From contig OZ024741.1 of the NCBI GenBank assembly GCA_964016885.1, positions 177,692,001 through 177,756,000 on the forward strand: a DNA stretch of 64,000 bases, read 5' to 3'. This document shows, piece after piece, positions 1 to 11,139 of this stretch. Within the stretch, counting starts at the first letter, position 1, and the number at the start of each line of letters is the position of its first letter. Under the pieces are notes generated by a model. The model was not told where the DNA came from and did no database searches. It saw only the letters and a program-made list of their open reading frames with translations. Source of the stretch: Eledone cirrhosa. Its lineage: Eukaryota. Made by a program: the position numbers and the translations under genes.

Positions 1-1640
1 TGTTGAGCTCTAGTCTATTATTGATTGGTGGATGTGTTCTATCTATAATGAGTGCTTCCTTGATTCTAAGATTGCCGAGGTTTCTTTCCTTAGTTTCTAT
101 CCTAACTGTTATGTTTTTATCAGTGTTTTTGCATTTAACTAGGTGTTTCTTAAATGAGGAAGCGTTAGTATTGAGGTGTTCTTTTATTCTTATGTGGAGT
201 GGTCTGGTGGTGCTACCTGCGTAGAAGTTGTTGCATTTGTCACACTCTAGTCTGTAAACTACGTAAGCCTGGTGGCATAGGTCTGTGTCGTTGATGGGGC
301 AGTTGGCTAGTCTGCAGCAGTTGTCATGTCTGGTGGAGTGTCTCTTAGCTAGCCGTCCACGCAAAGAAGGACCCGAATGGGCCAGTTGAATATCCAGACC
401 TTCTCGTCTGATGGCTCTGCGGATGGCTGTTGTTGTTTCTTCACTGAAGTGTGGGAGCTTCAGGAAGCAAGTGTTAGTGCCTCGGGTGTGGTGTCCTCTG
501 TTCTTTCTGGCACGGTTTGTGGTGGATGTCGTGTATCCGTTCAGTTTGAGTACTTCCAGGAAATGTGTGGTGTGTGTGTCTCGGTCTCTGGCGTCGGTGC
601 ATTTGTTCTTGATACGTGCCAGTTCGTTCTTTATGTATCCGAACTTGGCACCGAGTGGGAGGGCCGATCTGAAATGTACGAACAGGTCCCTGCTGGCGGC
701 TTTTTTATAGAAGCAGGTGTGGATGTTGCCTTCCTCTGTTACCCTGAGTTGGAAGTCCAGCAGGGATAGGGATCCGCGGTCATCGGGGTGTTCTATGCTG
801 AACTTTATACTGGCGTCCATGCTGGAGAATGTTGTGTATATTTTCTCTGCCTCCTCACGGGATGATGTAAGGATGAGTATGTCATCTACATATCGGGTGA
901 AGAAGGCATGGGAATGGCAGGTGTTGAGGGCTCGGCATTCTAGTTGGTTCATGTAAGTGATGGCCAGCAGGCCAGAGAGGCTGGATCCCATGGGTAATCC
1001 TGTTGTCTGTCTGTATGTGTGGTGGTGGAAGGTGAAGTACGTGTTGTCGACTGTGAAGGACAAAAGTTGGTGTATGTCCGTCGGGTGGAGGCCGTAGCAG
1101 TGGATGTTCTCTGCGACCACGCAGTCCGTCAATAAATCGACAGCTGGGTGAGCGGGGACTGTAGTGTAGAGGGAGACAACGTCGAGGCTAAAAGCGTATT
1201 TATTAAGTTTAAGTTGTTCTGGCTGGAGTTGGTGTAATCTACGTATAACTTCGTCGGAGCTACTGACATGTCCGGGGAAGGTGGAGAGTAGAGGCTTGAG
1301 GACCTGGGAGAGAAGCCAGGAAATTTTGTATAGGGGTCCTTCTATGCTAGAGACGATGGGTCTTATATGCGTCTTAGTGCTATTCTTGTGGGTCTTGATG
1401 AGGTGGTAGAAAGTGGGCAGTCTGCTATTTCTAGTGGTGTAGTTGAGTTTAATTTTATTCGGGAGTTGTCTTCTCCTACAGATATCGAACCAAATGGAGT
1501 TGGTCTGTTTTTCGATTTGGGCTGCGGTCATGTCCGGGATCACTGTGTACAGTTCACTGTCGCTTAGGTGTTCGAAGGCTAGGTTATTGTATGTGGCTTG
1601 AGAGATGACGCAGAACTCTTTACCTTTGTCGGATGGTAAG
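1..1640 (-). CDS. Penelope-like element RT + GIY-YIG endonuclease ORF (family G), 5'-truncated at (TA)n, runs off the window start
   Basis: Partial manual minus-strand translation: [42 protein letters not shown], then [31 protein letters not shown] and EALII..INNRLEL. Probably absent from the ORF track because its stop lies outside the window. Confidence 0.9.
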
Positions 1641-2534
<894 letters not shown>

Positions 2535-3357
2535 ATAAATTAATAAAATAATGAATAAACAAAGAAACTGTTCCTCATATTAAAAAAATTCTTCATTTTA
2601 CGATCGTTTCTAGGATATATATGTGTTAGAGTTGGTATGCATATTCTATAGATCTATGTACAATATTTATACAAACTATCGGAGGGAATATACATACCTA
2701 CACATATATATGCTGTCTTCGGAAATAATGATATTTTTTTTTATTGAAAAAGACAAAGATTCAATACAATAGGTCTGTTTGGGAACAGGTTTTGAATTGA
2801 CCAATAGAGAGATAGTGAGGGTCAAGATAGTAATATAGTAGTAGAAGAACCTTAAATTATGGGTAGAGAGAGGTAGATTTCAGTTTTGGATGGAAAAGAA
2901 TATTATGAATGAAGGATTATTTTAGGGAAGAAATAGGTCTTATGCTGACCTCAGAAATAATTTTATTTGTTCATTGAATAAAACCAACAAAGATCTAATA
3001 TATTCTGTCTGTTTGGTTAGAGGTTTAGAATTAACCGATAGAAAGTTAATAATTCGCCAAATGGTAAAATAGTAGTAATTGAGGCTTATTTTAGGGGTGA
3101 AAATAGGTCAGGTCAGTAAAAGGTATACAAGCAGTTGCTGTTATGAAATAGTAATGCCAATGCAAATATCTAAGGACACTAAAGTTTTACGATAAGAGTG
3201 TTAGTGAAAAAAATACATCTATGAAAAGAATATTAATTAATTTAATTGATGGTTATATTTATATTGATAAAATTATACTAATGCATATAGATATGATAAA
3301 TAAGAGTTAGATGCAGTTGAAAAGATGAGGGGAAATTAAAAGAATATAAAAATAATA
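2535..3357 (-). repeat. PLE-A 3' pLTR
   Basis: Near-identical direct repeat of 6514-7350. Confidence 0.9.
2594..2730 (-). ncRNA. Type I hammerhead ribozyme with ~105 nt stem II (CCGAAGA core variant)
   Basis: Minus strand: attt-CCGAAGA-[atatatatgtgt..acacatatatat]-GAAAC-GATC-GTA-aaat. Confidence 0.7.
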
Positions 3358-3366
3358 TATATATAT

Positions 3367-3403
<37 letters not shown>

Positions 3404-3777
3404 TATATACACATACACACACACATATACAGACATATATATATATATACACACATATATATATATATATATATATACACGCATATTTACATACATACAT
3501 ATACACATACACACACACATACACACTTACATATACATATAATTATTGGGGAGGGATTAAATTTGTTAGTGAGAAATAATAAATATATATAGATTTCAAG
3601 GAACATAGAGTCATAACCTGAAGTTAAAGCATTATATATGTTTACTTAATGGTATCAGTTTTAGGAAATGATAGTTGTAAGAAGGAAAGTAAAATTATGT
3701 AGTTCATCAGTAGTATAATATTAATTATAGGTTAACTAAATTAAAAACAATTTATATATTAATTTCTAAAGTGTATA

Positions 3778-6232
3778 TTAATTAGGTTTATAATATTTAA
3801 CGGTTTTTCTCAGTTTATGATTACACGATATTATTAATTTCTGTCGCTTATTCAATAGGATATCCTTAGATTTCATTATTTCCAAAAGTTCTTGGGAAGA
3901 TAATCTACATTCATATCTACTATTTTGATAAGGGTGGCCCTTTTGAGCACACTCCAGGTCAGGTCATAATCTATATTCCTCTTTCTATAACTATTAATTA
4001 TTTCAGCTAGAGATGTTGTATTAGCTAGTGCGGCATTTTTAAAACTATGTTTGTGGGTATTAAATCTTACCTTAAATTTGTTAGAGGTAGCTCCTATATA
4101 TGAATAAATTGAGTCCTTAGTGTTAACTTTACATTTATATACTATGTTATTAACAAGGCAATTTCCTTTTAATGGACAGTTTGCCTTGTTTCTACAGTTA
4201 CAACTTTTCGTGAATCCTGTATCTGAGGAGACATTATGGTTAGTTTGATGTACTGGTGGTATACTCATGGTTTGTTTACATTTATATGCATTATAGGCAC
4301 TTATATTTTGTTTTATGTTTTTGGTTGTTGAGTAGGAGAATTTAACCGTTGATCTATATAAAATTTGATGGTATTTGTGGTTTGGCGGGAAGTTTTTCTC
4401 TAGGATATTAAAGAATTTTTTAGGTATATTATCCTTAATTTGTAAATTAAATGGAGCATTATACCAAGTAACTCGTCTATTACGGTTTCGATGTTGTTTA
4501 TTGTTTTTATAGGATGCATCCTGATGTTTATTAAGAGAATTATTGTTAATGACCTCACCACACACATTTTTAGTTAGATTTATTGATTTAGGTGTTTTAG
4601 CTTGTTTATTAGGAGTTTTATTATTAACATTTATTAGAGTTGTAGGATGAGTAGTTTTTTGAGAGTTACTATATTGTATATTAGAAGAGTTAGAGAAATT
4701 TGGTTTTATGTTGGTGTTTTGGGGTATAGTGTGAGTGGCATTTAGGTGTGTATGTTTCATTTGGTGTTTGTTGGTAATATTAGGTTGTATGTTTGTAGTG
4801 TTATTGGTAGAAGGTATATATACTAATCTATTTTTGTGGCCACTTCTAGCTAGAGCTTCGTTATAAAAGGTCGCATTTTTATCAAATATATCTTGGTTAG
4901 ATGAAAGGTTAGAAATTCTAAGTGATATATTATATGCAAGGTTTTTAAGGATAGATTTAGGGTGATTAGATTGTGAGTGTATGTAGTGTAAATTTTGGTT
5001 GGGTTTATGGTAAGGTTGGTAGATACCCGTAGATAAGTCTAATGTTATATCTAGGAAATTAACTACTTTACTTGTGTTTTCAAATGTAATATCTAGACTA
5101 TAATAGTCTTTAAGGAAAGTTCTAATAAGCTTTTTATTTGTTTCTATCTCTGAGAGGCTAAGGTTATTGGAAAGAAGAAGACAGTCGTCACGATATAAAC
5201 CACCTTTAAGGTGGGGACAGAAAGCATTTATGTTAAAAAGAAGAAAGAGGCCCACAAGATCAGTAATTTGGGCAGAATCGCTTGAGCCCATAGTAATATC
5301 GAATAGATTACTATATGTGTTTCTGGTCCAGTATTCATTCTGAAATTCCAATAGTGTTAGTCTAGCATGTGTAATAATATTAATGTCATCCAAAGTTAAG
5401 TTAGATCTATTTTTAGCAAATATCAAGGCTTTGTTCAGGAGTATAGGTGATATAGAATAATAATAATTATCTATATCAAATTGTAGAAATGAAGCAGAGG
5501 ATTTATTTCTAATATTATTAAACCAGTTAATTACCTGGGATGTCTTTTCCCAGAGTGGTAAATTAACATGTTTTCTTAGTTGTGGGATGACTCTATCTAA
5601 AAAATGTTTACTAATTATTCCAATATCAGATTTGGAAGGGCATATAAGCCTTATAGAAGGATTAGAGTTAAAGTTAGATTTATGATCTTTCAGGTTGAAG
5701 TGTGGTCTTTGCAATGCCAAAGGTTCAGTTCTATCTTCAATATTAAGTCTATTCACTATGCTGTGTGTTTTGTTGTTGATGTTGGTAAGTGACGCATTGT
5801 TTGTTTTTCTATAATTTTTCCTGAGTTCTTTATATATGAACTCATTGTAATTTTCAATATCCATGTGATATAGATTTCCAGTTTTGTCCGAGTCGACATG
5901 GATTTTTTTAAATTTTTTTAGGTTCAATAGGGTAGAATCAAGGTCCTTTTGAAAATTAGATTTATACCTCCTAAATTTGAGGTGTTTGATTAAATTAAAA
6001 AGGTCTTTCTCAAAGTGTTCAAGTAAAGAGTTGTGTGGTGGATGTTTTTGTGTAGTGAAATCATACAAATATTTCCTATCAGTACATTTTTTTTTTTTTT
6101 TTGGAAGTGGTAGGCCCTCCATCTGACTCTTCTGATAAATTGGTTGGTTTTTTGTATCATAAGAAGTAAGAAATCATCCTTAGAAGGTAATGGTATATTC
6201 TTTAAAGAAGTTCCCAAGTATTGTTTTTCCAT
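3778..6232 (-). pseudogene. PLE-A RT/GIY-YIG ORF with two frameshifts
   Basis: MEKQYLGTSLKNIP N-terminus (ORF 5990-6253) shifts at the poly-T near 6090 into ORF 3876-6122 (SDKTGN, FDIDNYY, ITMGSSDSAQ, LYRDD, FLDI, CNCRNKANCPL, IVY..YIG..FKVRFNTH). The C-terminus continues in another frame (ECRL..LLNKR..CNH) to TAA at 3778. Confidence 0.88.
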
Positions 6233-6513
6233 TGTGATATGGATAATGGACAAGAAAAAGAGCTCAACTATTTATATATGGAGTTATAAAGTTATACACA
6301 TATATGTATATATATATAAATATATATACACATACAGTATAAAAATAAATATATCCCCATGAAAATAGGAGCAAAGTATGTAGATAAATCTACCAAAAGT
6401 TTACGGTAGTGTCCAATCCGTATGAAGAACTCGATGTAATCCGGATATCATGACAAGAGAAGATGCATTCAAAAACTACTTTCGGTGAAAAATAAACGGA
6501 AAACAGAGTCAAG

Positions 6514-7350
6514 ATAAATTAATAAAATAATGAATAAACAAAGAAACAGTTCCTTATATTAAAAAAAATTCATCATTTTACGATCGTTTCTAGGATATAT
6601 ATGTGTTAGAGATGGTATGCATATTCTATAGATCTATGTACAATATTTATACAAACTATCAGAGGGAATATACATACCTACACATATATATGCTGTCTTC
6701 AGAAATAATGTTATTTGTTTATTGAAAAAACAAAGATTCAATACAATAGGTATGTTTGGGAACAGGTTTTGAATTGACCAATAGAGAGATAGTGAGGGTC
6801 AAGGTAGTAATATAGTAGTAGAAGAACCTTAAATTATGGGTAGAGGAAGGTAGATTTCAGTTTTGGATGGAAAAGAATATTATGAATGAAGGATTATTTT
6901 AGGGAAGAAATAGGTCTTATGCTGACCTCAGAAATAATTTTATTTGTTCATTGAATAAAACCAACAAAGATCTAATATATTCTGTCTGTTTGGTAAGAGG
7001 TATAGAATTAACCAAAATAAAGTTAATAATTGGCAAAATGGTAAAATAGTAGTAATTGAAGCTTATTTTAGGGGTGAAAATAGGTCAGGTGGTCAGTAAA
7101 AGGGATACAAGCAGTTGCTGTTATAAAATAGTAATGCTAATACAAATATCTAAGGTGACTAAAGTTTTACGATAAGAATGTTAGTGAAAAAAATACATCT
7201 ATGAAAAGAATATAAATTAATTTAATTGATGGGTATATTTATATTGATAAAATTATACTAATACATATAGATATGATAAATAAGAGTTAGATACAGTTGA
7301 AAAGTGCTGTTAAAGATGAGGGGAAATTAAAAGAATATAAAAATAATATA
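6514..7350 (-). repeat. PLE-A 5' pLTR
   Basis: Near-identical direct repeat of 2535-3357. Confidence 0.9.
6574..6710 (-). ncRNA. Type I hammerhead ribozyme with ~105 nt stem II
   Basis: Minus strand: attt-CTGAAGA-[long stem]-GAAAC-GATC-GTA-aaat; palindromic loop 3. Confidence 0.78.
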
Positions 7351-7359
7351 TATATATAT

Positions 7360-7753
7360 ATATAAGTATGTAGACGTACATACATATATGTATACCGACG
7401 TACAGTAGTATGTATATATATATATACATACATGCACACATATATATATGCACGTATGGATTCACCGAATATTTATTATAATGCTCGGTGTGTTTGTAAA
7501 CAAACATCCCGTATTAAGCCGTAGTGTCTAGCAACCACCGTTGCTCGTTTGTTCAACACTGACAAAGGAACGCTGTACTAGTTTCAAGCTTCTTAGCTAT
7601 CACACCGAGCATTACAAACACACCGAGCATTATAATAAATATTCGGTGAATCCACACGTGCATATATATATATGTGCATGTATGTATATATATATATATA
7701 CATACTACTGTACGTCGGTATACATATATGTATGTACGTGTACATACTTATAT
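7360..7753. repeat. Fold-back 1: ~140 bp inverted arms (7360-7499/7612-7753)
   Basis: Arms are reverse complements with a few mismatches. Confidence 0.9.
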
Positions 7754-7809
7754 TTAAGTAAGAGCCGTACTAAGAGCGGGAAATGAAATATCGTTTCATT
7801 TTTTCCGTT

Positions 7810-7888
7810 TATATATATATACTTATATATATATATATATATACACATATATATACACATACACACACACATATACACACATATATAT

Positions 7889-7969
<81 letters not shown>

Positions 7970-8283
7970 CATGCATATATACATACATATATATACATTA
8001 ATATCCTAGAGAAAAACTCCCCGCCAAACCACAAATACCATCAAATCTTAAATAGATCAACGGTTAAATTCTCCTACTCAACAACCAAAAACATAAAACA
8101 AAATATAAGTGCCTATAATGCATATAAATTTAAGTGTGTATGTGTGTATATATATGTATGTATGTATGTATATATGCATGTATATGTATATATATATATG
8201 TATATGTGTATATATATGTGTATATATGTGTGTGTGTATGTGTTTATATATGTGTATATATATATATAAGTATATATATATAT
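7810..8283. repeat. Fold-back 2: microsatellite-like arms around an inverted PLE-A ORF fragment (~7998-8130)
   Basis: Spacer is the reverse complement of ~4281-4411; arms resemble the PLE-A 3'UTR microsatellite (3350-3520). Confidence 0.75.
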
Positions 8284-8289
8284 TATTTT

Positions 8290-8773
8290 TAAACAATTAA
8301 GTTAAAAATGTACATCCACATATGTATACTGAAATACTAGTATGCATATGAATACACACACGTGTACATATGTAGATGTACCGAGTTTTTCACTGGAGAC
8401 TTTACTGTGAGTGTTCAGCTATTCTGTATGTAAACACACAGACAAACCGGTTTTTAGAGTCATACTGCTTTTACGATTCTCTAGAAAGGCCGGAGGATAG
8501 GTAAATATTGCTGATGAGATGTAACAACATCGAAACTAGTCCAATATTCCTGTCTGGCTTTCTGGAGAATAGAGGAAAGGTGTTTCCTCGAAAACCAGTA
8601 TGACTCTAAAAACCGGTTTGTCTGTGTGTTTACATACAGAATAGCTGAACACTCACAGTAAAGTGTCCAGTGAAAAACTCGGTACATCTACATATGTACA
8701 CGTGTGTGTATTCATATTCATACTAGTATTTCAGTATACATATGTGGATGTACATTTTTAACTTAATTGTTTA
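8290..8773. repeat. Fold-back 3: ~185 bp inverted arms (8290-8475/8589-8773)
   Basis: Arms are near-perfect reverse complements. Confidence 0.92.
8504..8548 (+). ncRNA. Minimal type I hammerhead ribozyme (canonical core, GUC site after 8541)
   Basis: aatattg-CTGATGA-gatgt aaca acatc-GAAA-CTAG-TC-caatatt; stem I extends to 8476/8570. Confidence 0.9.
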
Positions 8774-8944
8774 AGCGTCAGTCATACAAAAGTGAGTTAC
8801 AAACGAAACGAAATTTAATTTCGTTTCGTTATTTATTGTTATATTATTTTTATATTCTTTTAATTTCCCCTCATCTTTAACAGCACTTTTCAACTGCATC
8901 TAACTCTTATTTATCATATCTATATGTATTAGTATAATTTTATC

Positions 8945-9107
8945 ACGACTTCTGATATACCATTTACGTGGTTTTGTCTTTGCGTGCTATTGTTCTCCAC
9001 GCACCACATATGACGTATTATCTTCGTTTTTTTTTCGTTCATATGTGGTGCGTGGAGAACAATAGCATGCAAAGACAAAACCACGTAAATGGTATATCAG
9101 AAGTCGT
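8945..9107. repeat. Fold-back 4: ~69 bp arms (8945-9013/9039-9107)
   Basis: Near-perfect reverse complements; preceded by an inverted PLE-A pLTR piece (8841-8945, matching ~7246-7349). Confidence 0.9.
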
Positions 9108-9511
9108 AGACTAAAATACGTACAAACAAATACGTACATACACATGCATACACAAATACGTACATACACAAGTATACGCAGAACACTTACCATCGGTATA
9201 CAAAACCAAGAACATATAAATATGTGTGTGTGTGTATGCGTGTATACAAATAAATAAATAATTATATAAACGTATATAAATAAATAAATACGTATATAAC
9301 AAGCGCACACACATACCTAAATGTAAATACACGAATGTTTGGAGACGTAAGTCAACCAAAACATGAAGTACACATATACACACACCCTACATCCGTACGA
9401 AACTGCATACTCACACAGACGCAAAACTCCTGTATACACATAGCCAAACCATATGTTCCAGAATATGGAATATTATACGACATAACATAAAAAATCAAAT
9501 ATACGTATGAG

Positions 9512-9703
<192 letters not shown>

Positions 9704-9711
9704 CATATATT

Positions 9712-9766
<55 letters not shown>

Positions 9767-10842
9767 TTAGTTATACTATTTATGGTTATAGGGGTCGCGA
9801 GGACTGCGGATTGACCTTTGGCCGGCCTGGGGATGATTATCTTTCGACATCAAATGTAGCAAGCGATGACCCAGATCTTACCAGAGATCATTGGGTCCTG
9901 AAGCAAGCCTGCAATCACCGCGCCTGGTCATATGAGCAGACTACAACCACAGAGATCATTAATTTCGAATCCTCGCTCATCATCTATAATTTCCATTTGT
10001 GGCACCTTAAGATGGGTTAATCCACCATAATAATATGATCACCTTCAGCATAACTTAATTAAACTACTCTATAGTTAATACACTTTATGCTTTAAAAATC
10101 TCTCTTGGAAGATGCGCATCACCATAGAATTTAGGGTCTATATTGGGACACATTTTAATGGCTAGATATAGAAACCCCAGAGTTACCTCCCCGCATGCAT
10201 TAACTCCCCTTTGCCACACACACACTTCCGGGCGGTATTCAATGGCGTTTCTAGAAACGTAACAACCTCCTGTATCGAACTAAAGAACACCAGACTACGA
10301 TCTCTAACTGGATTGTCGTGGATTATGTGAAGGGCATATAATCGAAAAATACACTCCCCTGACCATGAAAATGCCGAAGTACATGAAATACTTGACATCC
10401 CTGCGCTGTGCATCTCCATTACTTATAACACTTTTAATGCTTGCACTATCTTTAATGCTTATACTATTTCTCCACACACAGACTATATCAATCATATAAA
10501 GAATTTGCCACCAGATCTACCAACCTAACACTCTTATTTACCTACCTAAGTGCCTCTACCACACATATCTCTCTGCCACACTATATAAACAAGACGCACA
10601 TGCGTGCCACACATATAACATTTGCACTATATAACCGCTTATCTTCATGTTGTATTTAACCTATATTTTTGATTTTTGATTGTACCTATTAATATAAATG
10701 TAATCTCGAAGTGTGTACTGCCACTCTAAATTCTGTAATGAATGTTGACCCACAATGTTTGAATATGTATCAATGTTTGAATATGTATTGGTATGTCTCT
10801 CGGCTGAAAAGGAGGTCATATAACTGTCCATGCATTAATAAA

Positions 10843-10893
10843 TTGCTCCGAAGAATCCAAACCTCGGTTTGGAGGAAACAGCTGTAAGCACAA
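10843..10893 (+). ncRNA. Minimal hammerhead ribozyme (CCGAAGA core variant), 5' pLTR of PLE-B
   Basis: tgct-CCGAAGA-a tccaaacc tc ggtttgga g-GAAAC-AGCT-GTA-agca. Confidence 0.78.
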
Positions 10894-11139
10894 TAATGTT
10901 TTGAACAGTTCTTTCATTCTTATATTTCATATAACTGCTCTGTAAATCATCCGATGTTTTTACATTGAGCTACTTAACTTACTGGTAATAAGGTAGTAAT
11001 ACAATACTGCCTAACACTATTTAGGGTGAGTGTAAAATACTTACAACTGCTTAAGGTCTTGTATTTACATAACCATAAATAGTATAACTAATACTATTAA
11101 CTGCTCCATATCGTTGAGCTGACATATACTATTGCCAAT

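Larger units (their letters stand above)
2535..7350 (-). mobile_element. PLE family A (YRDD-type, Hydra-clade-like) with direct pLTRs
   Basis: RT-EN ORF flanked by ~830 bp direct repeats (2535-3357, 6514-7350), each holding an HHR; bounded by (TA)n. Confidence 0.9.

Noticed and set aside
7360-9107. CRISPR-like repeat-spacer array
   Set aside because: Repeats are inverted and differ from unit to unit; eukaryotic context with no cas genes
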